Below, in pieces: positions 12,261-20,478 of a stretch of DNA of 58,263 nucleotides. Position 1 is the stretch's first letter. Each line of letters starts with the position of its first letter. The DNA comes from an uncultured Acidimicrobiia bacterium (GTDB taxonomy: Bacteria > Actinomycetota > Acidimicrobiia > Spongiisociales > UBA5794), in contig CAXMQQ010000035.1 of the NCBI GenBank assembly GCA_964195545.1, positions 1-58,263 of the forward strand. Direction: 5' to 3'. The translations under genes were made by a program, and so were the position numbers. The notes below the pieces were generated by a model, which saw only the letters and a program-made list of their open reading frames with translations, did no database searches and had not been told where the DNA came from.

Positions 12261-12357
12261 GGACAAGAAATATCAAGTAGCAAGTCACAAGACATAGGCA
12301 ACAGGACGCGAGGGCGGTCCGGTCTTGCTCCTTGTGTCTTGCTGCCTGCTACTGGAT
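12261..12357. repeat. Inverted pair of heptamer arrays forming a long hairpin between ahcY and comF
   Basis: TATCAAG TAGCAAG TCACAAG ACATAGG CAACAGG ACGCGAG ... CTTGCTC CTTGTGT CTTGCTG CCTGCTA. Confidence 0.8.
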
Positions 12358-13604
12358 CACGTCCCTTCTTCCCAGGACTCCAGGTACTTGGCCTGTTCCT
12401 CCGTCAGGGTCTCGAGGCTGGCGCCCATGGCTTCGAGCTTCAACCGGGCAACCGATTCGTCGAGCTCACGCGGCAGCGTGTACACGTCGGGGGCGAGATC
12501 GGCACCGACGTCGACGAGCCACTCCGCAGCGAGCGCCTGATCCGCGAACGACATGTCCATCACATCGGCCGGATGGCCCTCCGCCGCAGACAGGTTCACG
12601 AGTCGACCCTCAGCCACCACGATGATCCGGCGTCCGTTCGCGAGTTCGAACTCCTCGAGATTGTCACGGATCTCACGGCGAGCAACCGCCATCTCCTCAA
12701 GGCCCTTCAAATCGAGCTCCACGTCGAAATGGCCCGCGTTCGCCAGGATCACGTTGTCCTTCATCACCGAGAAATGCTCAGGTCTGAAGATGTGGATATC
12801 CCCCGTCACCGTCACAAACACATCCCCGATCGGAGCGGCCTCGGCAGCCGTCATCACCCGATAGCCCTCCATCGCAGCAGACAACGCCCGAATCGGATCG
12901 ACCTCGATGACGACAACGCTTGCACCCAACCCAGCAGCACGACGAGCAACACCCCACCCACAATCGCCAAACCCGGCCACAACGACCGTACGACCCGCGA
13001 ACAAGATGTTCGAAGCCCGCAGAATCCCATCAAGAGACGACTGCCCGGTTCCGTGCCGGTTGTCGAACAGATGCTTCGTCGCAGAATCATTCACCGCAAC
13101 CACCGGATATCGAAGAACTCCGTTCGCAGCCATCGAGCGGAGACGCAACACACCCGTCGTCGTCTCCTCCAAACCACCCAGGATCGGCTGGCTCGGCCGT
13201 TCCCGATGCAACACCGTCGTCGTATCCGCCCCATCGTCGAACACAAGATGCGGCTCAGAGTCCAAGATCGCGTTGATGTGGGTATAGAACGTGTCCGAAT
13301 CCTCACCCCGCAGCGCGAACACAGGAATGCCGTCATCAACCAACGCGGCGGCCACGTCATCCTGCGTCGACAACGGATTCGACGCACACAACGCCACCGA
13401 CGCACCACCAGCACGCAACGTATACATCAACGCTGCGGTCTCACTCGTCACGTGCATGCACGCGGCAACTCGAACACCATCCAACGGCTTATCCGTCTCG
13501 AACCGATCACGGATCGCGGCCAGAACGGGCATCCGACGATCCGCCCACTCGATCCGCCGATGCCCCCCAGCAGCCAACCCCGGATCAGCAATGTCGTAGT
13601 TCAT
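12357..13604 (-). CDS. ahcY: Adenosylhomocysteinase (short form)
   Basis: SNPLSTQD, EETTTG, KHLFDNRHGTGQS, GRLVNL, GHPADVMDMSF. Confidence 0.97.
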   Translation of the reverse strand: MNYDIADPGLAAGGHRRIEWADRRMPVLAAIRDRFETDKPLDGVRVAACMHVTSETAALMYTLRAGGASVALCASNPLSTQDDVAAALVDDGIPVFALRGEDSDTFYTHINAILDSEPHLVFDDGADTTTVLHRERPSQPILGGLEETTTGVLRLRSMAANGVLRYPVVAVNDSATKHLFDNRHGTGQSSLDGILRASNILFAGRTVVVAGFGDCGWGVARRAAGLGASVVVIEVDPIRALSAAMEGYRVMTAAEAAPIGDVFVTVTGDIHIFRPEHFSVMKDNVILANAGHFDVELDLKGLEEMAVARREIRDNLEEFELANGRRIIVVAEGRLVNLSAAEGHPADVMDMSFADQALAAEWLVDVGADLAPDVYTLPRELDESVARLKLEAMGASLETLTEEQAKYLESWEEGT

Positions 13605-14593
13605 AGTGCCCCCTTCGCGAGCATCGTCTTGAAAGCCTCCAACGTCTCAACCGGCGTCGCATCAACACCCGCCGCATCCGCCATCGCGACCGAAGCAACG
13701 TCGCCCACCACGGCAAGGCTGAAGAATCGGGCGAGTGCGCCGTCTCCGGTTGAGAGCACATCGCCGATGCGATGAACCTTGCCCGACAGCACCGTTTCTG
13801 AGAGCTCCAGGCGGTGTGCAACGCTCGGATGATCGGCGGAATCCCTGAGGTAGACCACGCCGAATGCGTCGCTCGTTTCCGGCTGCCACCCTTCGAGTTC
13901 GTTGTGGTTCATCTCCGGGACGACTCCGGCGAATGCGGGAACCTTGGCGTTCTCGTTGATCTGTGTCTTCCACCGGTATGCGGCCGTCGAGCCGACTCCA
14001 CGGCCGCCGTAGATGACCGCGGTTCGATCTTCGAGACCGGCGGCGAGGTCGCGCCCGAGTTCGACGGCGCCACCGTGCCCCCCATCGAGAAGGCTGTCGA
14101 CGACGTCGGCGGCTTCGGTGAGGGCGGCTTCGGCGTTCGGTATGTGACCACCTGCGCCGAGCATGGCGGTCACGGCGGCCGTCTGGTAGCCGACACCGGC
14201 GCGTGGCTGGAGACCTCCGGGAACCTCGACGTACGGTAGGCCGCGCTCTCCTGCGATCTCGGCGAGTCGACCTCCGGAGGCGACAGCGGCAAGATCAAGA
14301 CCGGCCGAAATCGCTTGTTCGACGCCGGAGAGCACCTCTTCGGTGTTTCCGCTGTACGAGACGGCGAGTACGCCAGCACCTGCGTCTGCCGCCCACGCGG
14401 GCAGCCCGTACCCCTGGTGGACGATCATGGGATGGCGCGGTCTCGATGCCAGCGTTCCGATGGTGGCCGCCATCGCAGATCCTCCCATGCCCAGGAGCAC
14501 GATCGGACCATCGGATTGCAGCGGAGAGATTTCGTGGCCGATCCCCCACCGGAGTTGCTCCGGAAGGGTCAGGATGTCATCGAACATCGTCAT
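13601..14593 (-). CDS. Bifunctional phosphoglucose/phosphomannose isomerase (SIS domain)
   Basis: GMGGS, SYSGNTEE, QPR, RWKTQINENAK, PEMNHNE. Confidence 0.93.
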   Translation of the reverse strand: MTMFDDILTLPEQLRWGIGHEISPLQSDGPIVLLGMGGSAMAATIGTLASRPRHPMIVHQGYGLPAWAADAGAGVLAVSYSGNTEEVLSGVEQAISAGLDLAAVASGGRLAEIAGERGLPYVEVPGGLQPRAGVGYQTAAVTAMLGAGGHIPNAEAALTEAADVVDSLLDGGHGGAVELGRDLAAGLEDRTAVIYGGRGVGSTAAYRWKTQINENAKVPAFAGVVPEMNHNELEGWQPETSDAFGVVYLRDSADHPSVAHRLELSETVLSGKVHRIGDVLSTGDGALARFFSLAVVGDVASVAMADAAGVDATPVETLEAFKTMLAKGAL

Positions 14594-14772
14594 TGGTCAG
14601 AAGGAGTGGCTTCGTCGATCAGCATGACCGGGATGCCATCTCGAACCGGGTACTGGAGCCCGCATTCCGAGCACACGAGTGCCGGCGGCTCGGAACGCTC
14701 GACGAGCGTCCCGGTACACGATGGACATTGCATGATCTCCAGCAATGTCGGGTCGATCAAATGGTCGGTCAC
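14590..14772 (-). CDS. Trm112 family protein
   Basis: LLEIMQCPSC...CSEC...YPVRDGIPVMLIDEA. Confidence 0.93.
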   Translation of the reverse strand: MTDHLIDPTLLEIMQCPSCTGTLVERSEPPALVCSECGLQYPVRDGIPVMLIDEATPSDQ

Positions 14773-16106
14773 GATCCCTCCTCGATGATCGATGCCACCG
14801 CAGCGACGAGTTCATCGACCGCAGCGGCGTCTGGTGCTTCTGCATTGAGCCTGAGCTTCGGCTCGGTGTTCGACGGTCGAAGATTGAACCACCGGTCACC
14901 GAGATCAACGGTGAGCCCGTCGAGATGGTCGATCCTGGCACCGCTGTATGCGGCGGCCACGGCGGCGGTGGCCGATGCTTGATCTGCCACGTCGTAGTTG
15001 ATCTCGCCCGATCCGACATACGGCTCATAGTCCAGCCGTAGCTCGGAGAGTGGGCGTCCGTCCTCCGACATCACCTGCATCAGGACAAGCATCGCGAGGA
15101 TCCCCGAGTCGGCCCGGTAGTTGTCTCTGAAGTAGTAGTGGCCTGAATGTTCGCCCCCGAACACGGCACCGGTGTCCTTCATCACCTGTTTGATGAACGA
15201 GTGCCCCACTCGTGTTCGCACCGGTACGCCCCCAGCAGCGCGAACCCGCTCGGGGACCGCCTTGGAACAGATGAGGTTGTGAACCACCGATGCGCCGGGC
15301 TCTCTGGCGAGGAACCAATCGCCGATGATCGCCGTCGTCGTGCTGCCGGGCAGAGGGACGCCGCGGTCGTCGATGAAGAACGCCCGGTCTGCATCACCGT
15401 CGAACGCGACGCCGAGGTCGGGCTTCCGTTCACTCATGAGGGCGAGGAGATCAACGAGGTTCTCCGGCCTGAGCGGATCTGCCGGGTGGTTCGGGAATGT
15501 TCCGTCCGGTTCGAGATAGAGGCCGATGAGTTGGGCCGGGAGTCGGTCGAATACGGATGGCACTGCAATGCCGGCCATCCCGTTACCTCCATCCGCCGCA
15601 ACGGTCAGCTCTGAGAACACCGATGCGTCGACGACTCCGAAAAGATGATCAACGTATCCCCCGAGGATGTCCACGGCCTCGATCGAGCCGCGATCTGCCA
15701 GTTCTTCGAACTCCGAGGCAGCGATTCGCTTGATGTCGTTGAGCCCCGAGTCCTCCCCGACCGGCGCGGCTCCCGCGAGGCAGAACTTGAGACCGTTGTA
15801 CTCGGGAGGATTGTGCGATGCGGTCACGACGACGCCGGGAAGGTCCATCGATCCCGATGCGAAATAGAGACCATCGGTGGTGATCTCTCCGATGTCGATG
15901 ACGTCGGTCCCGGTGGCGGTGATCCCGTCGATGAGCGCGGCTGCGATGCCGGGCGACGATGTGCGACAATCGTGTCCAACGGCGATCCTGTCGACGCCGG
16001 CGAAAACAGCGAAGCCACGGCCGATGCGTCGAGCCGCTTCCTCATCGATCTCGGATGGGTAGAGGCCGCGAACGTCGTACGCCTTGAAGATGGTGTCCAG
16101 TTCCAT
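14769..16106 (-). CDS. manB: Phosphomannomutase/phosphoglucomutase
   Basis: Start MELDTIFKAYDVRG (ATG 16106 after TACAAT); TASHNP, DGDADR, GGEHSGH, RPSNTEP. Confidence 0.95.
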   Translation of the reverse strand: MELDTIFKAYDVRGLYPSEIDEEAARRIGRGFAVFAGVDRIAVGHDCRTSSPGIAAALIDGITATGTDVIDIGEITTDGLYFASGSMDLPGVVVTASHNPPEYNGLKFCLAGAAPVGEDSGLNDIKRIAASEFEELADRGSIEAVDILGGYVDHLFGVVDASVFSELTVAADGGNGMAGIAVPSVFDRLPAQLIGLYLEPDGTFPNHPADPLRPENLVDLLALMSERKPDLGVAFDGDADRAFFIDDRGVPLPGSTTTAIIGDWFLAREPGASVVHNLICSKAVPERVRAAGGVPVRTRVGHSFIKQVMKDTGAVFGGEHSGHYYFRDNYRADSGILAMLVLMQVMSEDGRPLSELRLDYEPYVGSGEINYDVADQASATAAVAAAYSGARIDHLDGLTVDLGDRWFNLRPSNTEPKLRLNAEAPDAAAVDELVAAVASIIEEGS

Positions 16107-16178
16107 GGTGGGATTGTACGGTCGCATGGGAACTGGCCGGGTCCCTGTGTCCCATCTCTTCCTACACTCATCGCAGAC

Positions 16179-16886
16179 ATGACATCCGATACTCCAACGA
16201 CCCTCTCGATCGTGATCCCGGTCCACAATGAAGCGGACTACCTTCCCGGTGCTCTCGCAGAGCTCTTCGATGAGATCTCCGACGTGCCGGCATCGATCAC
16301 TGTTCTGGTGGCTGAGAACGGCTCGACGGACGGAACGGCACAGGCCGTTCGCAAGCTGATGAGCCGGTACGCCGGTCTCGACCTCCTCCAACTTCCCACG
16401 CCGGACTACGGCGCGGCAATGAGGGAAGGATTCGTCTCCACCGACGGCGAGTGGGTCGTGAACTTCGACATCGACTACTTCTCCGCCGACTTCCTGCGCT
16501 CCGTCGTCTCGATCGGGGATGAGGCAGACCTGGTGCTGGCCTCCAAACGAGCCGAAGGCGCCGACGATCGTCGCGGCATCGTGCGTCGGTTCGCCACGTG
16601 GACGTTCAACCAGGTGCTGCGATTCGTACTGTCGTCCGGCGTTTCGGACACCCATGGCATGAAGGCGATCCGACGCGAGGTGATCGATCAGATCGCCGCG
16701 GCGGTGATCTCAACTCAGGATCTCTTCGACACCGAACTCGTCGTTCGTGCAGAGCGTGCCGGTTACCGCATCGTTGAGGTGCCGGCGGTCGTCGAGGAGA
16801 AGCGAGAGACGAAGAGCAGTCTCGCAAAACGTGTACCTCGCACGCTCTATGGCGTGTGGAACATCAGAAAGAGCCTGAGGGTCTGA
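16179..16886 (+). CDS. GT2 glycosyltransferase (polyprenol-phosphate sugar synthase-like)
   Basis: SIVIPVHNE, ENGSTDGT, DID, SDTHGMKA, FDTELV. Confidence 0.9.
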   Translation: MTSDTPTTLSIVIPVHNEADYLPGALAELFDEISDVPASITVLVAENGSTDGTAQAVRKLMSRYAGLDLLQLPTPDYGAAMREGFVSTDGEWVVNFDIDYFSADFLRSVVSIGDEADLVLASKRAEGADDRRGIVRRFATWTFNQVLRFVLSSGVSDTHGMKAIRREVIDQIAAAVISTQDLFDTELVVRAERAGYRIVEVPAVVEEKRETKSSLAKRVPRTLYGVWNIRKSLRV

Positions 16887-16899
16887 GCCTCGCCTCTCC

Positions 16900-17358
16900 T
16901 CATGCCTCCGAAGGGCTGCTCTCCTGGTCCTTGATTGCGTTGCCGAACACGATGTCGCGATAGGAGGCGAACTTCGGGAGGAGGATCACGATCGACGTGA
17001 TCAAGTACACGACGTTCGCGGCGACCTTCGACAGCGGACCGAACAGGGTCTCAGCGAACCACATCGTGCCCGCCGTACCGGCCCATGCGGCGAGGTTGAC
17101 CAGATAGAAGCGCATCGTCTCGCGGCCGGAGACCCTGCCGTCCTTGATCTCGAAAGTCCAGGCTCTGTTCAATAGATACGACATGAAGGTAGTGAGGGCG
17201 AAGGCGACGCTCACCGCAGCCACCGACCACCAACCCATCCAGAGGAAGAGGTTGAAGAGGGCGAAGGACACAACCGTATTGGCGATTCCGACGAGTCCGA
17301 CTTTGACGAACTGCTCGAACGCCGCCTTCGTCATGAAGCTTGCTAGATAGCGCTTCAT
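16900..17358 (-). CDS. GtrA family flippase-like membrane protein
   Basis: QFVKVGLVG, SYLLNRAWTF, 4 TM. Confidence 0.9.
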   Translation of the reverse strand: MKRYLASFMTKAAFEQFVKVGLVGIANTVVSFALFNLFLWMGWWSVAAVSVAFALTTFMSYLLNRAWTFEIKDGRVSGRETMRFYLVNLAAWAGTAGTMWFAETLFGPLSKVAANVVYLITSIVILLPKFASYRDIVFGNAIKDQESSPSEA

Positions 17359-19553
17359 GCAACGACCTCGGACGAGCGAAGCTTGTGCCGCCGGTACGCG
17401 TACGCGCCCAGACCGGCGAGAGCGATCACAGTGAGAGCCATACCCAGATTCTCGGCAGATGTGTTTCTGAACTCAAGAACGACGTGCTCGTCGGTCGGAA
17501 CGACGACCATCAGTGAAGGAGCAGTTCGATATGGCCCGTCTGCCCCCTCCGCCTTCCAGTTCGGGAAGTAGGACTCCTTCACGAGATGCGGCACGCCGAT
17601 GGCCGTCGTCGTGAACGAGATGCGATCATCTTCCTGGACGATGTCGGTCACGACGCCCGTATCGCCATAGGTTGACACCGAGGTCAAACGATCCTCGACC
17701 GCTTCGACCCGGAGCCACCCCTCGGGCCCGGTCTCGACGAGCCAGTTGTCCAGATGATCAACATCGTCGTACCACTCGAGCGAGGGATCGAGGAAGTCTC
17801 CACCCCCATCCCACACAGACGGTCTCATGGTCGCGACTTCGACAAGATCCGAGTCGGGGAGAACGAAGATCGTCCACGGTGAGGCGAACCCGATCTCGAC
17901 AAGACCCGCCGAGCGGGCCTCGGATTCGCCCTTCTCCGTGAAGCTCACGTAGTAGGTCACGTCGTACACGGCGAGGTGGGAGATCCCCCGCTCCATGTTG
18001 AACCCTCGGTAGTCGAGTCCTCGTACCGGATTCGACGGTCGCTCACTGACTTCGGACGCGTTCAGGAAGTGGAACGGCGTCGTGAGCGACGATTCGAAGA
18101 ACAATCCTTCCATCGACGGGTGGCCCTCGCTCCAATACGGGAACAGCATCAACGCCATCGGCGTCCCGTACTTGTTCATGTCGGAATTCGCTTCCCACAT
18201 GATGCGACCGGGCGGGAGCGTGTCGACCGTCTCCATCAGCGCCTGATACTCGTGATAGTCGGCCTTGCCCTCATATCCCTCGAAGTTCCACTTGACCCAT
18301 CCGGGCACGTCATGGACCGAAAGCATGGTGGCGGCGAGTACGACGAAGCCGACACCCAGCGACGCACCGATGACCACTGTTCGTCGGAGAGGAACCCGTC
18401 GTGAGATCTCGAAGACGGCCAGACCGAGGGCAATGCCGGCGAAGACATACGCGCCGAAGTACCAGTAGGGCAGCAGCCGGGCGTTGTATAGGGCGGTGAT
18501 GCCGATTTTCGGAAGAATGAAGTAGCCGGCGAGCGGCAACAGGGTGAGCCATGCCAGCACCATCACGTCGTCGCGTCGCAGCATCGTCCAGACCATCCCA
18601 ATGAGCCCAAGCACCAGGACGGGTATGAACTCCCCCGGTAGCGGGGATCCCGGATTCGTATCACCGACGACGTTGGCCACGGGGGACCATCCCATATCGG
18701 TCGTCAAGCCCTGGAACACGCGGATGCCGAGCGGCAACGCCCAGAACGCGGCGATCGCGAACCCGACGACCCATGACGAGATGACGGCTCGCGGTCCGTT
18801 TCGCCTGAACAAGAGCGACACCGAGACAACGACCACGATCATGGTGGTGACAATGTGGGTCATCGCCGTCAGAGCGAGGATGATCCCCGCCAACGGCGTG
18901 AACCGCCGTCCCAGACGCGTATCGCGAGCGACGATCCCGAGATAGACGATCGACAAAGCGAAGGACCATGAGAACGAGAACTCGCCGGCGAGCGTCGACT
19001 TGATGTTGGCTCCGAAGATCGAGAAGCTCTCCATGAACACGAACATGGAGCCGGTGAGCGCAGCCAGTGCCGCTATCGGACGCGAGAAGGCAAGAAGGCG
19101 GACGAAGGCATACGTGGCGACGGGAAGCGCCACGAGGCCGACGATCGCAACGAGCTTGAATGCGACACCGTATGGGATGAATACGTCGAGGACGACGGTC
19201 AGAAGCGCCGGGATCGGGAAGTAGAAATAGAGAGCGGGGAATCCCGCGTACCAGGCACCCGACCAACCGAACAGTCGGCCGGATGGCAAGAGCACGTCCT
19301 TGAGAACCTGGGGCAGGAGCACGTGGGCTCCCATGTCGCCGCCCGTCGGCGTGTTGGCAACCAGGATCTCTGGGAATCGAATCAGTGATCCCGACCCGAT
19401 GACGCCGAGAATGCCCGACATGATGAGCAAGATGATCAACGTCGGCGCACCGATCAGCAATAGGATCAGCCAGGTCGGTGAAGTACCGGTAGCGACGGCC
19501 TCTGATCGCTCAGAAACAGACTCGACCACGGCGGGCGCAGGAGAGGAGCTCAC
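17355..19553 (-). CDS. Multi-TM GT-C-like membrane protein (6-pyruvoyl-tetrahydropterin synthase-related/YfhO-like)
   Basis: GGDMGAH, W...WYAGFP..YFY motif, about 13 TM, C-terminal SYFPNW; translationally coupled to GtrA. Confidence 0.8.
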   Translation of the reverse strand: MSSSPAPAVVESVSERSEAVATGTSPTWLILLLIGAPTLIILLIMSGILGVIGSGSLIRFPEILVANTPTGGDMGAHVLLPQVLKDVLLPSGRLFGWSGAWYAGFPALYFYFPIPALLTVVLDVFIPYGVAFKLVAIVGLVALPVATYAFVRLLAFSRPIAALAALTGSMFVFMESFSIFGANIKSTLAGEFSFSWSFALSIVYLGIVARDTRLGRRFTPLAGIILALTAMTHIVTTMIVVVVSVSLLFRRNGPRAVISSWVVGFAIAAFWALPLGIRVFQGLTTDMGWSPVANVVGDTNPGSPLPGEFIPVLVLGLIGMVWTMLRRDDVMVLAWLTLLPLAGYFILPKIGITALYNARLLPYWYFGAYVFAGIALGLAVFEISRRVPLRRTVVIGASLGVGFVVLAATMLSVHDVPGWVKWNFEGYEGKADYHEYQALMETVDTLPPGRIMWEANSDMNKYGTPMALMLFPYWSEGHPSMEGLFFESSLTTPFHFLNASEVSERPSNPVRGLDYRGFNMERGISHLAVYDVTYYVSFTEKGESEARSAGLVEIGFASPWTIFVLPDSDLVEVATMRPSVWDGGGDFLDPSLEWYDDVDHLDNWLVETGPEGWLRVEAVEDRLTSVSTYGDTGVVTDIVQEDDRISFTTTAIGVPHLVKESYFPNWKAEGADGPYRTAPSLMVVVPTDEHVVLEFRNTSAENLGMALTVIALAGLGAYAYRRHKLRSSEVVA

Positions 19554-19592
19554 GACCGAAAGGCTAGCGAGGGCGTGTCGGTCGGTCGGGCC

Positions 19593-19778
19593 CTACGGCT
19601 CGCGGCGAGCCACATCAACGAGTGAATCCAAATCAAGTTGCTCGCCGTCACGGTCCCACCACTTCGATTCACACCGATGGCACGAGCAGAACACAACTTC
19701 CGAACCATCCGGAAGCTTTAGTTCGATCTCGATAACGGTGTCTTGGCCACACGTACTACACCGGAGTCCATCACTCAT
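19593..19778 (-). CDS. Small zinc-ribbon protein (61 aa)
   Basis: CSTC...CHRC pairs; SD GGAAGG upstream of ATG. Confidence 0.72.
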   Translation of the reverse strand: MSDGLRCSTCGQDTVIEIELKLPDGSEVVFCSCHRCESKWWDRDGEQLDLDSLVDVARREP

Positions 19779-19803
19779 GTTCTGCCTTCCATGGGTTCGA
19801 AGA

Positions 19804-19838
19804 GTAGTCCGTACTCAGGACTCTGTAGTCCCTAATCC
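19804..19838. repeat. Heptamer array (GTAGTCC type)
   Basis: GTAGTCC GTACTCA GGACTCT GTAGTCC CTAATCC. Confidence 0.65.
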
Positions 19839-19875
19839 TGTTGTCGGCTGTCGGTACGGACTTCCCACCTGCCTT

Positions 19876-19917
19876 GCTCAAAGCTCATATCTCAGAGCTC
19901 AAATCTCACCGCTCAAC
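19876..19917. repeat. Heptamer array, six units with CTCA core
   Basis: GCTCAAA GCTCATA TCTCAGA GCTCAAA TCTCACC GCTCAAC. Confidence 0.85.
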
Positions 19918-19920
19918 CAC

Positions 19921-20202
19921 TCAGCCGCTCGCTTCTGGGACGTCTTCCAACTTCCCGAGATACCGAGAACGGCGCTTTCCGTCTTCGTTCCAGTACGCGT
20001 ACCAGTAGGGACCGTGTGGGCACCGGGTACAGTTCTCCTTGCCGCACCGCACCATCTGCTTGCGTAGTTTTACCTCTGGCCCCGATCCCGGCAGGGCCAC
20101 GCCGCGTCCCTCGAGACGAGCCTTGGCAAGGATGTAGAGACGGCGCAGCTGGTGCTCGTCCATCTCTCGCACAGCCTCGAGGACGTCTCGGTCGATAGAC
20201 AT
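19921..20202 (-). CDS. DUF6788-like small Cys/His protein
   Basis: VRCGKENCTRCPHGPYWYAYW..DGK..SRYLGK; start MSIDRD at ATG 20202. Confidence 0.8.
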   Translation of the reverse strand: MSIDRDVLEAVREMDEHQLRRLYILAKARLEGRGVALPGSGPEVKLRKQMVRCGKENCTRCPHGPYWYAYWNEDGKRRSRYLGKLEDVPEASG

Positions 20203-20210
20203 CGTGCCCC

Positions 20211-20426
20211 CTATGCCAGAACCGGAGCGAACAGGGTCGGTTGTGATCTGCGATCGTGGAGCACCCATCCAACCGGTGGCGTGACGCGATCGGCATGGGT
20301 CGTGCATAGCGGGTAGCGAGTGCCCGGTGCTGGTGATCGTTCGCGGTCGACCAGCCAGGCCTCACGCCGATCGTATGCGTAGGTGAGGCACGAGGTGGGG
20401 TTCGATGAGCAGCGTACGCAAGTCAT
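20211..20426 (-). CDS. DUF3499 family protein
   Basis: CVRCS..LTYAY...LCTTHADRVTPPVGW; conserved position between DUF5719 and manB. Confidence 0.85.
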   Translation of the reverse strand: MTCVRCSSNPTSCLTYAYDRREAWLVDRERSPAPGTRYPLCTTHADRVTPPVGWVLHDRRSQPTLFAPVLA

Positions 20427-20478
20427 TGCCGCGCAAAGGTAGGGGTCGAGGGGGCACAGACCAAGCATTTCGAGACGG

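Noticed and set aside
12144-13775. 543-aa plus-strand ORF, and similar long antisense ORFs (8071-9408, 37048-38511, 49690-50949)
   Set aside because: Antisense shadows of well-conserved genes, typical of high-GC codon bias.
19804-19917. Possible CRISPR or iteron array
   Set aside because: Units are 7 bp with no spacers, and there is no cas or rep gene nearby.
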